This document shows, piece by piece, positions 1-12,819 of a DNA stretch of 35,919 nucleotides. The stretch is from Batkoa obscura. Taxonomy: Eukaryota. The position numbers and the translations under genes were made by a program. Below the pieces are notes generated by a model, which was given only the letters and a program-made list of their open reading frames with translations, did no database searches and was not told the DNA's origin. The DNA is taken from the NCBI GenBank assembly GCA_030770535.1, contig JASVEC010000001.1, positions 2,480,001-2,515,919 on the forward strand, written 5' to 3'. The first letter of the stretch is position 1. Each line of letters begins with the position of its first letter.

Positions 1-177
1 TGTGTCTACATCTCCTGATTCAATTCTTTTCAAATGTTCTTTCAAGTCCGACTTGGAGTTAGCACTTCCAGCTAATATTATTAACCACTCAAGATCATTC
101 ATTGATAGTCCATCTTTTATTATTTTTGATCTTTTGTTAATTCTTTGATCCCTCTCTGTTGCAGTATTACTTTCCAT
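1..177 (-). CDS. 5' part of an unidentified protein-coding gene running off the left window edge
   Basis: ATG at 177 (minus) after an AT-rich leader; 59 open codons to the edge (MESNTATERDQRINKRSKIIKDGLSMNDLEWLIILAGSANSKSDLKEHLKRIESGDVDT...). Divergent from the gene at 664. Confidence 0.55.
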   Translation of the reverse strand, partial: MESNTATERDQRINKRSKIIKDGLSMNDLEWLIILAGSANSKSDLKEHLKRIESGDVDT

Positions 178-663
178 ATTTATAAATTCAATATATTATA
201 TTACAATTATATACTATGTTAAAGTTTAAAAATATTATTTCAATCAATTCAGTTTTGTACTTTTTTCAAAGTGGTTCAAGCCTCAAGAAACTTCTGGAAT
301 TAAGGGATGAAGTTAAATATCAAATTTCTTTCCTTCAACCTATCATTTTCTCAGGATATAGTATACAATAATATTTGATAGGAGGCTTAAACTCACCTAT
401 CACCTGATTACTAATACACCCTTATTTGTTGCTTTAGTTGTAAATTGGATTGCAGTGGAGGATTGTACTTTTGCAAAATTTAAACTCAAACTCTTGGCTT
501 ATAAATAACTCAAATTGTTTTTGGTAGAAGTTTTGTTCTTTTGGGTAAATCCTACCTTTTAAACATCAAAAATTTAATAAAATTGTAAAATTGTCCCATA
601 ATTTGTACTTTCGAAAACGTGGATTTCCAATATAATTTTGAATAGCATTTTTTAATATTCAAA

Positions 664-1439
664 ATGACATTATTTTCAAGCAGCAGGGGAATGTTAAAGT
701 CCCTTGAAAGAAATCTCAACCATGTAATATTCAAAGGAAATAACCAATTTATAAATTTTAGACGCTTTGTAGCCAGTAAGCACAGTTATTCTTCTGCTAT
801 TGAAACTGAAATGCCATCCATTACCTCGTTATCTAAAAAAGGGTTCAATTTAAAAGATCATAGAAAATATCAAAATATGTTGTTAGCAAACACTAAATTT
901 TACTGTTTGGATCAACCGCTTTTAGGAATTAAAAAAGATGGCTCGATTACAGATTGGGCTTTAATGCCATCTTTAACCAAAGAAGAATTTGATGTAAACT
1001 TAGCATTTAATGCCAAAGAGACTAACGATGTATTTGATGGTAAATTTATATAGTAAATAATCTTTTAATTTATTTAAAATTTTAAGAGTTGGAGAAGGCT
1101 CATAAATATGAAGCAGCCTTTGAGCGTTTTCACGAATCTATTCCAGAAGATGGCCCGTTAGAAGTTCAATACATAAATGGAAATGAGAATAGTATAGCAC
1201 TCAGTATTCAAAAAGAGAATAAGGATAATGATGACGAAATGGCATTAAAGGATACACAAGTAGATATAATGTTAGATAATATATTAGACTCTATGAATAA
1301 CCCCATACGCAGTAAAAGAAGGCGTGTTGGTTACTATACTACTAGTGTATTGAGAAAACGTCGACTTAAGATGAATAAGCACAAATACAAGAAGCTCCGC
1401 AAACGTACCCGTGCCCTTCGTAAACGTCTTAATAAATAA
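664..1439 (+). CDS. COX24: Mitochondrial small ribosomal subunit protein mS38 / COX24-like (2 exons: 664-1039, 1087-1439)
   Basis: A 47-nt GT..AG intron (1040-1086) joins the two ORFs in frame (...DVFD-E-LEKAH...). The C-terminus SVLRKRRLKMNKHKYKKLRKRTRALRKRL is the mS38/COX24 C-terminal motif. The N-terminus is basic and Ser-rich, like a mitochondrial presequence. Confidence 0.88.
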
Positions 1440-4379
1440 ACTTAGAACTACTCTATTTTAAAAAAAGGGCCAAGTTCATATTATAGAGTAAGTTTTGTTT
1501 TATAATTGTATTTTGTATATACTTATAGTATTATTAATCTATTTATTTGACAAGCATATAGCTATATAAAAGCCTTATTTTTTATTTCATTGATGGATAA
1601 AGTTTTGTCTATTAATCAAAAGTATCCTTAATTATAGATAGCTATTTATTTGTAAAATGTTTTTTCTTCTCTAATGCATACGTATCCTCTAAAAAAATAA
1701 TCTTGTCTTCTCTTATTTTTGTATATCATTGATTTATTTTAACAATTTATACATAGAATTTCATAAGCAATTATGACATGAGTGAGTTAATCGATACTAT
1801 TAGTTACATCCTATATAGTATATCTACTTTATATTATCTTATGAAGCCTATTGTTTTTATGTATTATACTTAATAAATTGAGTTTTAAATATAGGAATCT
1901 TACCATGAGCATCTTAGGAAACTTGTAGACAGATAAATCATGAAAAGGCATAAATACATAAATTAGATTTTGTATTTATAAAATGTTAAATTAGAAAAGT
2001 TGTGGAATTATTTTCTAAATTTACGCTGATGCAATAATCTAGTTTTTGATTTAACTAATATTGTAGTAAATATTTTTAATAAAGTAGCAGAATTTCTTTT
2101 TGACATAAATCATCATATTCTTTTTAGTACTTTGAATTTGTTATATCAAAAGGTTTGATATTGATGATTGAACTATTATTATATCATACTTTAATAGTTC
2201 ACTTTTAATCTAAATTACTTACATTTCTTTTATAAAAGTTATTTTATACTTATTTGCTTAAAATATTTAATAGCTTACAGTTATTAACTTTATCAATAGT
2301 ATCTACCCTCATTTGAGTCGCTCAATATCAAACTATGATAATACAAATTTTTTAATTTATTTGATCATTATTAGAGTACAATATCATGCCAATGCAATAC
2401 TATAATGTTCTATTATTTTTTATTAATTAAAATGAAGCCTCAAGTCACTTTGATTTTTTTTGAATTGATGAAGTTAGACCTTCAACTGATTCATTGTTGA
2501 AGATAAGTAAAAGTATAGGAAACTGAATGATAAGTGAAAGGAGCATTAGCGGAGAGGAGGAAAGAGTTAAGAGAAAACTGAGAAATTGATTAACTCAGCT
2601 TTACCTGTTTTGAATTTGAACAAGTTTAATTTTATAGGGGCAGACTCTATTATGTATAACGCTATCCAAGAGTGGAAAAAAGGTGGAAGCAATAGAACCA
2701 TCATCAATTTTTGATATTTTGTTACTTCTATTTAGTTTATAGTGTGAATTATTTTTATTCATGGACTCAATTAAAACGCACAAATATAAAATATTATAGT
2801 TTACAGTTTACCAAAATGTAGTCAAAAATAAACTTATAAAACGCTATTTTATTTATAGTTTATTATATGAATGAACTAATAATTTATATACAAGTTTTTT
2901 TATTTTAGAAGCCAGTTAAACTATAATTTAAATAAATTATATATGGCTTATGTATATAAAAATAAGGAGGCTATATAAAGGCTTATAATAAAACTGTTGG
3001 TTTAGTTAGTATTAAATCTAAATAAAAGGGTATTAAAATACAATCTATTTTTAAGTATAACTTAGTAATTAACCTATCATAACTTTTTATTTGAATAATA
3101 ATATAAAAATCTAAATATATTTAAAAAATTGAATTTATTTTAAAATAATTTTTTATCTTACGAACCACATATATATTTAATGGTGAAATGTTTCTTTATA
3201 AATATATCATATTAAAATATTTTAGATTTATGAAGTTTATAAGCAGTTTTACATAGATTTTTAATATATCTAATAGTAAATTAAGCTATCTAAAAGTAGC
3301 AATTTTAATTAAATATTTGAAATTTATTGTTTTAAATATTATAAGTATAAATTATAACTATTTTTAAAAACTCATTTTTCCACATGCTCTATGTTTAACA
3401 CTTTAATTAATTATTTTATTATTATTGTATAACATTGCCTAATTTACATTTTACAGCTTATTCACAAATGTTATTTCTATATTATGATTTTTTTTTAAAA
3501 GTCATGTTTGATTTGGATTTTGTATTATTTTTTAATATAAAGATAGTAGATTCAACTTATTCAATCTAATAATTAATTATCAATAGTTATAAAGTAACAT
3601 AGTAATTTTCAAAAATGATGAAGTTTAAATATTCATGATTTATGTTCCTGTTTTTATGATGATCTACTAATATATTACTGTTATTTACTGAGTTTGTGAA
3701 TCTACGATTTATAGTATTATCTATAATTTATAAGGATATAAGAACATTTTTTCTAAAAAAGTTTTAATAATTCTTAATATGTCTTTAATTTTATTAATAA
3801 AGTAAATGAACTATTATTATATAAATATGAGATGTGATGTTATTTTATTCATTAATTTAGAAAATTACACATTATTAATATTAATTAATATATTAACAAA
3901 ATTCAAGATCAATCTGAAAGAACATTTAAAGTGGCTTGAGTTGTTCTAGCATACTAGCCATTTGCTATTTCGCAATACCTTGAATAACTTTTAAAAAGAG
4001 GTAGAATAATAAAAATTTGATGAATCTTCATAATGTAAAAGAAAACACTTAATATACCTACGGCTCATTAGTGGTATATAATTCTTGATGTAATTTTGTT
4101 AAAGAATAACTTTATGAGTGACACGTTCTGTACCTCACTAAATAGCAATTTTAGATGATTAAAAGAGGAAAATTCAGATGAATATTAGCTTTTTATAGAT
4201 TTATAAGGGATACATAATTATATTTCATAAATTGAATCTTGTAACTTTATAATTATTTTACAATTTTGTTTTGAGTAATAGATAGTCTTAAATAGATTTT
4301 ATTGTTAATGTTAAAAAACTTTAAAAAAATCCTAAACTATACTAAATTATATCAAAATATATTTTTATTTAATAAATAT

Positions 4380-6014
4380 TTAACATTCTGGTACTTCTGC
4401 TAAAGAAGGATAAGCTATATAAGCTGGGGAATTTTTGTATGACCTATTACTTTTAGAGAATGTCACGTCATAAGGATCTCTTTTGTAATTGTCTTTAGTA
4501 CTTTGCTCAACAATAGTAAATGATCTATTTTTTAGTTCACTTGAAGTACTTGAAACTTCAATATCATCAGAGTTATTTATGTTTTTGTCTAGATTGTTTT
4601 GGATAAAATCTAATTCGATTTGTGGTGGTGGCAACGGTAATGACCTATTAGTAAACTTGGCTAAATTTGATGCCTCTTTGAGCTTTCTGAGCCATCCTAA
4701 TAATTCCATTTTCCCATTTAATCTAATAAAATTTGTTTGATAAGAATCTGCGATTTCTAATACCCATTTGTAGTTTGGAATTGAATCAGAAACGCATATG
4801 ATGGTTGCGGGTGTCAACTTTATTTTTTCATTAGTTATTGTGGTAGGGTGTAAGTCCTCAAATAGATAAAGATATTCTTGATTTAAAACCAAATATTGTT
4901 TTTTCCACTTTGGTTTTGATTTAAATCCCGAACTTTGACCTTTATATACCTCTGCCCATCCTTCTATTAATGCAGAGTGTCCTTTTGTAACCGATTTTAT
5001 TGAGACGTCATCAATTGAAGGCATAGATGGCCTATGAGTACGCTTGAATGATCCTATTTTGCTATTCATCATATCTTTGAGGCTTTTGGCTGCAAGAGAT
5101 GCTCTATTAGTTTTACTAGTTTTTGGAGGCGATAATGGATTACTATTAGTCATAGATATAGAGCGTGCTGTTGGAAGGGATTCTACCCTTGGCTTAAGTT
5201 CACATGCACTTCTTTGTCTAGCCATAGATTCAATACCCAAAAGTTTAGAAGCTTTTACACTAGAACGAACTGCAGTTTTACTATTATATCGTAAAGACAA
5301 ATCTTGATCATTCACTATATCAGTATTCATTGTTGCTATCGAAGCAGATCTTTGTCTTTGGGAAAGTTCACTACTCGTATGACCTGTGTACATAGAAGAA
5401 CGAATAAATGACGATGTGATAGGCTCATCGCTTTTGCTTATCTCTGAATAATCACCAGAATGAGACAAAGAACGCTCTCTAAGTGAAATGGGAATAAAAT
5501 CACTTTCTTTGCAAATAGAAAGTGGTGGCTGTATTGATTCATAAATATCGAAAAAGAACTCTGAAGCAGTAGGACTTATAGGTTGGTTACTGACTATGGA
5601 TTCATTTGAAGATAAAGAGAAATCAGATGATGTTATTGAGAATGAGCTAGTTAAAGAAGTTCTATGCTCTGAAGCGGATGAAGATAAAGTAACTTTAGAA
5701 CTAAGGGTAGGGCGATGGCTAAAATCCTTTATTAAATTTTTAATCATGATTTGTTGAGCAGTATGCCTTAATGCCACTAAAGGCTCCCAACCATCATAAC
5801 TTTGATCTGAGTTTACTACAGTATTACAAGGCGTTATGAAATTTAAAACTGAGTCAGTTTGAGTTGTATATGTACTATAGTTAGATAGATTACAGTCATC
5901 CCTCGTTTTGTGAGGTTGTTGAGTTATATACAAAGAGTAAACACTTGATCCAGGTTCGTTAGCTTGTAAGCTATCTAGTCCAAATGAATCAACTGAATAA
6001 ATTGATTTTGCCAT
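4380..6014 (-). CDS. PH-domain protein with long Ser-rich disordered N-terminus (single exon, 544 aa)
   Basis: Segment LIEGWAEVYKG...KWKKQYLVLNQEYLYLFED...WVLEI...ELLGWLRKL follows the PH-domain pattern, including the C-terminal helix Trp. It is followed by the Pro-rich RSLPLPPP. Confidence 0.8.
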   Translation of the reverse strand: MAKSIYSVDSFGLDSLQANEPGSSVYSLYITQQPHKTRDDCNLSNYSTYTTQTDSVLNFITPCNTVVNSDQSYDGWEPLVALRHTAQQIMIKNLIKDFSHRPTLSSKVTLSSSASEHRTSLTSSFSITSSDFSLSSNESIVSNQPISPTASEFFFDIYESIQPPLSICKESDFIPISLRERSLSHSGDYSEISKSDEPITSSFIRSSMYTGHTSSELSQRQRSASIATMNTDIVNDQDLSLRYNSKTAVRSSVKASKLLGIESMARQRSACELKPRVESLPTARSISMTNSNPLSPPKTSKTNRASLAAKSLKDMMNSKIGSFKRTHRPSMPSIDDVSIKSVTKGHSALIEGWAEVYKGQSSGFKSKPKWKKQYLVLNQEYLYLFEDLHPTTITNEKIKLTPATIICVSDSIPNYKWVLEIADSYQTNFIRLNGKMELLGWLRKLKEASNLAKFTNRSLPLPPPQIELDFIQNNLDKNINNSDDIEVSSTSSELKNRSFTIVEQSTKDNYKRDPYDVTFSKSNRSYKNSPAYIAYPSLAEVPEC

Positions 6015-7856
6015 TAATTAAAAGTGTGTATTGTATTATGTATAAGATCGTTTAATTTAAAAGGGACGAAATATCGAATAAATTAATCGTGTTGTTAGAG
6101 AATTGAGGTTGATAAAGATTTGGGAAATATGCCTAATAAATTTTGAAAAAAGATTCAATTAAATAAAAGAAGAGTAAATTCTTAAAGTATTATATTTATA
6201 TGCAGTTCCAAATATTTACTTAGGTTTTTAACCCATTGTTTTTATTTAGTATTATTTTTTCCTATAAATCTTAAAACGAGAATTAACCATTTTAGGGAAT
6301 TGTAATGCTCCTTTTCTCTGTTTAGAAAGAACTAATTCCTTAGACTACATAGGGTAATTAATCAACAATTAATTAACCAATCAATTATTTATTTTGGCTT
6401 CATTTTGCACTTATTTCAGTCCAAAACTCTTGTGTAGCTATACCGCCCCACTTAAATAACTTAAAAAAAAGCAGGCTGAATGTTAAATTTAGAGTTTTTA
6501 ACTTCTAACTACAGTTAAATAGTATTAATCGTATGTGTAAATATATTACAATTACTACATGTATTTTACTATTTTGTAATATTAATCCAGCTTGCCTTTA
6601 TCTTAAAGAGTATATACTATGAAATAACGATTACCATTTAACTAAAAGCGGATCAATTAATAGCTTAAAACTAATAAAATAACTGAATATATTGAATTGA
6701 GTTTAGTATAAATTTTAAGTAACTATATTGTTATACAGCTTATTATATAATGTAACTTTAATGTCTTTTAATGCGATAAATTTTCATAATTCGTTTAGGC
6801 AAAAAGGCACTCTCGTTCTATTCTCAGCTGAAATTGAAATAAATAGTAAAAATGCTTTAAATATAAATTAAAAAATAAACGACTATTTTTAATAAATTAT
6901 AACATCAAAAGAGGAATATGTTATATAACTTCTAAATTATTATCTATCAGTAGTATTAAGAAAAAATAAAATTAAAAATCCATAAAATTCGAAACATTTA
7001 TTTATATATAATATACGAATATATAACTTTATTTTGCCTAAATTTTAGGCTTATACAGCTTATTAATATAAATGTATACCAAGGTTTACAAATGTTATAG
7101 TGTGCATAATTACGCCTCAATTTTCACAGTTCAGCATTTTTATTAAGCTTAATATTAAAAAAGTCGGTTTGCATATAAGAATGCAAGTTGAGCATTTAAT
7201 TAAGTAGAAATGATACATTAAGATACTATTTTATATAAATAAAATTAATAAGATATTTTTAATTAAACATTTAATTTCATATATACATAGAATAACCTAA
7301 ATAGTATTTTTAATGAAATTATGAAATCATAGCTAAGTAGGCAGTCTAAAATTAGGGATAAGATTATTTAGGAGACTTTATTTTCGCTGAAACTAGAAAT
7401 AATATTACCCCAGTAAAGTTTAAGTTTTAAATATTCAATAAAAGGCACGTACCGTACATATCCCTTAAACTATTTCTTGTTTTTTAAAATGAAAATGTTT
7501 ATTAAAAATTCAAGAAAACATAGTTAAATGTGTTAAAGTTTTAGATATTAATTCGCTTATATTACTGAAATAATTTAAATGTGATTTCCCTTACGTAATT
7601 TGAAGATACCATAAGCTAAATAGAGCTTTGTAATTACAATTTTATCAATTATATTCCTACGTTTATTTTACAGAACTTTCAAAATATATAAGACAAACCA
7701 CGTTCAGACTATTTTAGTGACACATTCTGAATAAAACTATACTTATCTTGTATATTTAAAAATAATTTCAGCTTATAGCTAATAAGTTTTAGAAAAAATA
7801 TTTAGTTCATATAAGTGTTATATTGGAAAATAACTTACTTTTCTCAAGTACAATAT

Positions 7857-7954
7857 GGGACCGTTTTTTTTTGACTTCATTATTTTTTCCATTTTTTAAG
7901 CGCTATTTAAGCGGAAAATTTGTTAGTAAAATTCTTAAACAAAAATACATCCCC
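7857..7954 (+). mobile_element. MITE copy 1 (~100-bp family, Sola-like termini)
   Basis: GGGA...AAAAATACATCCCC flanked by ATAT on both sides; family core TTCATTATTTTTTCCATTTTTTAAGCGCTATTTAAGCGGAAAATTTGTTAG. Confidence 0.88.
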
Positions 7955-8637
7955 ATATAATAACTTCAAACAAACAATAATTTATTTTGTTAATTTAATA
8001 ACTATCATGAATTATTTTTGCAATAAGAAAATTAGCTTATAATCCTTAAACTAAAGCTATATCTATATAGTTAATAAAAGTTATAGTTAATAAAAATAAT
8101 TAACAGATATTAATGTATATGAACTTTAAATCATATTCGTCATTTTAATGATTGCAAATATTCATAAATTGCAATTAGCCTCATTAACATATATATATTA
8201 TTACTTATATATTTATATTGTTTTTGTTAATTAAAAGAAGGATTCATGTTAAATATGATATAACTATCAAATATACTAATAATAAATAAATGGATTATTT
8301 TATTTTTCTAGTAAAATAGCCTAATTTATTTCTCCCACTACAACAAGCTTTCGTCTTGATCAAAAATCCTTAGACTAGTCACTTTATATGTATGAAATTC
8401 TCCTCAGACCACAAATTGCTTATTGTAACGCTTCTGTCATTCTTAGATATAAATGGGATTGCTTTGTATGAGATTGGGTTTCAAGTAATGAAGTATAATT
8501 TTCTAAAACCTACAACCAATAGTATTGAGTTAGAATTTCTTCATTTACATGACATCTCCATTCTCCTTATCCTCTTTACTTTTAACTACTTAGTCCCTAA
8601 ACTAGTTAGTTTGCTTTATAAATCTAGATTAATATAT

Positions 8638-8726
8638 GGGGATGTTTTTTGGTTTTATCACTTTTCATTTTTAAGTGCTATTTGAGTGGAAAGATTGCTA
8701 ATGAATTCTTAAAAAAATATATCCCC
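8638..8726 (+). mobile_element. MITE copy 2
   Basis: GGGGATGTTTTTT...AAAAAAATATATCCCC with ATAT TSD; diverged core (TTAAGTGCTATTTGAGTGGAAAGATTGCTA). Confidence 0.85.
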
Positions 8727-8754
8727 ATATAATACATATTTGTAAGTAAAATTT

Positions 8755-8852
8755 GGGAGTGTTTTTTTTGATTTCATTATTTTTTCCATTTTTAAGCGCT
8801 ATTTAAGCGGAAAATTTGTTAGTAAAATTCTTAAACACAAAAATATATCCTC
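8755..8852 (+). mobile_element. MITE copy 3
   Basis: GGGAGTGTTTT...AAAAATATATCCTC with ATTT on both sides; core nearly identical to copies 1 and 8. Confidence 0.88.
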
Positions 8853-8873
8853 ATTTAATAAATCTTAAGATAT

Positions 8874-8972
8874 AGGGATGCATTTTTGTATTTAGCAATT
8901 TTACTAACAATTTTTCCACTCCAAATAGCACTTAAAAGATGGAAAAAGTAATGAAGTCAAAAAAACATCACC
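8874..8972 (-). mobile_element. MITE copy 4 (inverted relative to copy 3)
   Basis: AGGGATGCATTTTTG...AAAAAACATCACC with ATAT TSD; core is the reverse complement of the family core. Confidence 0.83.
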
Positions 8973-9340
8973 ATATATTAGAAGCCTTATATTTTAAGAA
9001 CATTTGTTACTATTATATTTAGTTATGAATAGTTTTTTAATATTTATTTTTGAAAGATAAAAAAAATAAAAAAATAAAACTTTATATGCTAATGTGACAT
9101 TATAAATTTAATAAATTAATAAGCTACTGCTTATTACCAAAATACAAAAAGTAAAACTATTAATAAATCCAATAATACATAATCAATAAACCATATTATT
9201 AAATTTAAAAGTTTCTTTTGCTGAGAGAAGTTTAATTAAAATAATTCTGATTAAATTGCAAACAGTTTAAAATGTGCAATTATATGATTTAGTTAATAAT
9301 CGTATTAAAAGTTCAGATTAAAGTTATTTTTTAAGTTTAA

Positions 9341-9685
9341 ATGGATCAAGAATTTTTATTACAAGAAATTGAAGATATTAAAAAAATAGGCAAATATGGA
9401 TACAAAGTGGATAGTTTTAAGCAAATAGGTGAAAATAAAGTAGAAATAGAAATACTAGAGAATATTAAATTAACTATCGTATTATCTGATAGGGGCTTTT
9501 TAGTAAACATTTTATCTATAGATTTAATTTATTTATAACTAGTTTAGATTCAAAATTCTCAACCTATACAAAATTATGTTGGAAATATATATGAATCCAT
9601 GGATTCTTTATTAAGTGAAGTGTCGCCTCTGTATAGGAAAAAGTTTACTGAATTACTATTTGATCAATTAATATTTAAAAGATAG
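9341..9685 (+). CDS. GSKIP (GSK3-interacting protein / DUF727)-domain protein (2 exons: 9341-9502, 9548-9685)
   Basis: 45-nt phase-0 intron 9503-9547. The spliced product contains EILENIKLTIVLSDRGFL...IYESMDSLLSEVSPLYRKKFTELLFDQL, matching the GSKIP-domain pattern (LE...L...GF; YE...LL..SP.Y...F...L). Confidence 0.78.
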
Positions 9686-9801
9686 TATAGTACAATTTTT
9701 AAAAAAATGATCTATACCAAGCTTTGAGAAAAATGAAATAAAAGTATAAAGTTATATAAATATACATTGGATTTAATCATTAATTTAAGTCGTTTATTTT
9801 A

Positions 9802-12270
9802 TTAATTTTTATTTAATTTTGTACTACTTCTCAGTCTTTCTTTTATGAATCCTCTTTGAGGTAACTTTGTTCTTTTCTTAGTAGCTGTATTTTCTTCTAA
9901 ATTATTTTTTCTCTTGTTATTTTCTGCATTTAAAGATAATACTTGTTCTGGTTGAATATACCGATGTGTATCAGTTCCGATTAATTCAACGTAATAATTT
10001 AAGCCTGGTAATACCCCTTTCTTAGCATCTGATCCCAATGTATCATTCCAAAATATTACTTCTTTGACTTTTACTACATGTTCACTAAAGCCTTCCTTTG
10101 GGAATATAGCATTGGCCGTTTCATCCTCTCTAAGATGGTATTTTGTAGTTGTTTCTTTTAGTTCCTCTTCCCTTCGTGAAATAATTTCCAATTCTTCAAA
10201 ATAACTTAATACACTTTTCGTTTTTTTTATGCCTAAGTTATCTTTACTATCATGATCCCACTGCCCAGCAGCAAATTTGGTTTGCCACTTACGCCACATA
10301 AAATTTGGCGGGGGGCAGTTGGTTTTATAGTAACACAAAGAAGCCCTTATCCCGGAACGCTCTATAAAAGAAGGATCTTGTTTTAAAAAGGATTGAAAAG
10401 TAGCTCCAAAAGGATCAAATTTATAGACACCCCGTTTGTCAACTACTTGGTAGCTTGTAGTATCAAGTCTACGGACTACTAAATATTTTTCTTTATCTTT
10501 GATGGGAATCATAGTATTACGATCAATTTCTTTGATAGGAACTACTATTGCTGGCCAAAAGCATGAAGCATCTTTATCCCAAGGGTCTATAAACACTAAA
10601 TCCCTTTCATTGTATTCTTCATTTATTTCATATAATTCTTTTGGTATATCTGAGAGATTAATTTCTTTTTTAATAGAAAGGCTGGATTCAGGAGTTGAAT
10701 GGGTTGGTGAAGGAGTTGGTGGAAGTATCTTTGATACCTTTTTGGATACTGGAGTTACTATTGTTGGTTTATTATTGTTAGTCAATTTTAAGTCAAAATT
10801 TATCGCTTTTAAATCAGGGAGTATTTTTTTGGGGTATTTGCGATGAGGCCATGGTAATCCGAATATTTCATAATGACGACTGCAACGTAAACAACATGTC
10901 GTTGGCTCATCAACTGGATGAATTAATTCATCTAATCCCTCCATAAAAGTGCCTTCTATCCCATTTAAAAATATTCTAGGCTTATTGTTAATTGTGATTA
11001 TTTCTGTTTCACAAGGGTTATAACACCAAGTACAAGATGAGTCATCGTCACTAATTTCAGTTACTGGGGATAGTTTCACTTTATTGATTTAGAAATATCA
11101 TTAGTTAACTATATTTGGATATAAGTAATACTTACCTTTATTTGCTTTGTTGTTACTTTGTTCAAAATATGGTATATTTGACGATGCCTTTGGAAGCAAA
11201 TTTATATCTTTAAGTTTAATAGTATCACTCTTTTATAATGATATATATTATTTACCTATTGATATTTCTTCATTATTAAACACCTTAAGTCTTCTCATGG
11301 TGTATCCTTTCCTTTTTATTGGTGAATCCTTATTTTCTTTTAATATTTTATTACTAAAAATACTTGTTTAAATAATTACTTTATTAATAATTAATATTAT
11401 ACCTTTTGCAAGTCGAACATAAGCATTCTTTATTATTTTCACCAAAATAATTATCACCATATGATACTGTTATTTCTTCGCCAAATTGAATATTCCTTAT
11501 AACTTTAAATGTAATTATATGTGGTGCTAAAAAGTGGAATTTTGCATTTGGGTTACAATCATGGTTCACAAACCTAGCAGGCCCAAGTAATAAACAATTT
11601 TTATTTGTACGACTTGATATCATGACTGAAAAATCTAAACCTTTTGATTTGAGTTTATCTAATAGTTCCTCGTCGATAGGAGAAAACAATCCCATCAAAT
11701 GTGTTATAATACTTTCTGTCTTGAATTTTTTTGTAGCTAATACTCTAGCTTGTCCATAGTTTTTATTGATATTATCGCTAGTTTTATATTGTTCGTATTG
11801 GTGAGTATCTGTTATTTCAAAGCCTGCTTCTGGATGATATATAGATAAATAACGTGCTATATGTCTAAAAATTGTCAATATTATAGTAATAAATGAGAAA
11901 ATATTTACTCTTTAGTTGATTTCGTCGAAATATAAGGATTATTTAGAACCAATTTTTTCTGTGATAATAGGCTAAATAAGTTAGTAGTTTTAAAATATGA
12001 TATACAATTAAATTACTTTATGATTAAATTAGTTGCATCTAACAATTTACCCTTTAATACTACTAGAGTAAAAATTAAGCTATGTATATTTAAAATAAAG
12101 TTGATATGTGGCTTTTTAACCAATAAATGGTTTGGATGAAATTTCCTCGTTTTAAACCAAAGATTAAGTTGATCTAATAGTAATACAGTAAGTACATCAT
12201 CAAATCTACCTAACTCAGTATATTCTTCATCTAATTCGTTTTTGCCATGGGATTTACTTTTTGTTGACAT
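9802..12270 (-). CDS. SET9: Histone H4K20 methyltransferase Set9/SUV4-20 with C-terminal PWWP/Tudor-like region (6 exons: 12270-12017, 11971-11909, 11864-11403, 11353-11256, 11207-11136, 11078-9802; 741 aa)
   Basis: Five GT..AG introns (44-57 nt) join the ORF fragments in frame (2226 nt). Set9 hallmarks: ELGRFDDVLT..LLD..W, HIARYLSIYHPEAGFEI, DFSVMISSR..CLLLGPARFVNHDCNPN, GEEITVSYGDNYFG..NKECLCSTC, and later CLRCSRHYEIFGLPWP. Confidence 0.9.
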
Positions 12271-12819
12271 TATGATTTGACTATACAATGTAAAATAATT
12301 AAATAGTTTGATACAAGTAGTCTTTTAACAATCTTTGTTCTACTTCTATAATATCATTCTTTTTGATATTAGTTGATTTTTAATAAGTTTGTTATAACTT
12401 TATTCCAGAACTTTCCAATCAGAATCATTTTCAACATTTTGTGAATGTAGTCATTTAAGTTTAAGTGAGCAATTTTTCAAAAATTCTTCGGCAATCATTC
12501 ATTTGGCTGATTTTTTTAGAGCCTAATTTACAAGCAACATGAATTTACGTCTAAAATTTTATTGTAAAATGAATAGCTAAATAACATTAATTCAAACTTA
12601 AATAGCTTTAAATTAGTGAATACTTTATGGATCAGCTTTAAGTGGTAATTAAGAGTAAATTCAAATACATAATTATGGCCAAATAAAGGTATAATGAAAT
12701 ACTTTCGTCATAAATTAAAGTGAACTATAAAATTGATTTTTTCAAAATATAAAATCGATTATATACTTTCAGTAAAAGTGGTATAGTAATTTAATAATTT
12801 TATTATTTATCATATCAAT

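Noticed and set aside
300..410. Possible C/D snoRNA or hairpin (TGATAGG/CCTATCA, CTGA) in the divergent promoter
   Set aside because: No proper RUGAUGA C box, no terminal stem and no recognisable rRNA-antisense element.
2430..2783. 60-aa minus ORF and adjacent purine-rich stretch as a gene or element relic
   Set aside because: No recognisable domain, no plausible splice path with normal intron size, no terminal repeats.
6731..7076. Direct repeat TTATACAGCTTATTA at 6731 and 7051
   Set aside because: Only 15 identical bases in very AT-rich DNA, with no associated element boundaries.
8320..8685. 97-aa plus ORF in slightly GC-richer DNA
   Set aside because: It runs into MITE copy 2 and has no identifiable motif; possibly a decayed relic but unsupported.
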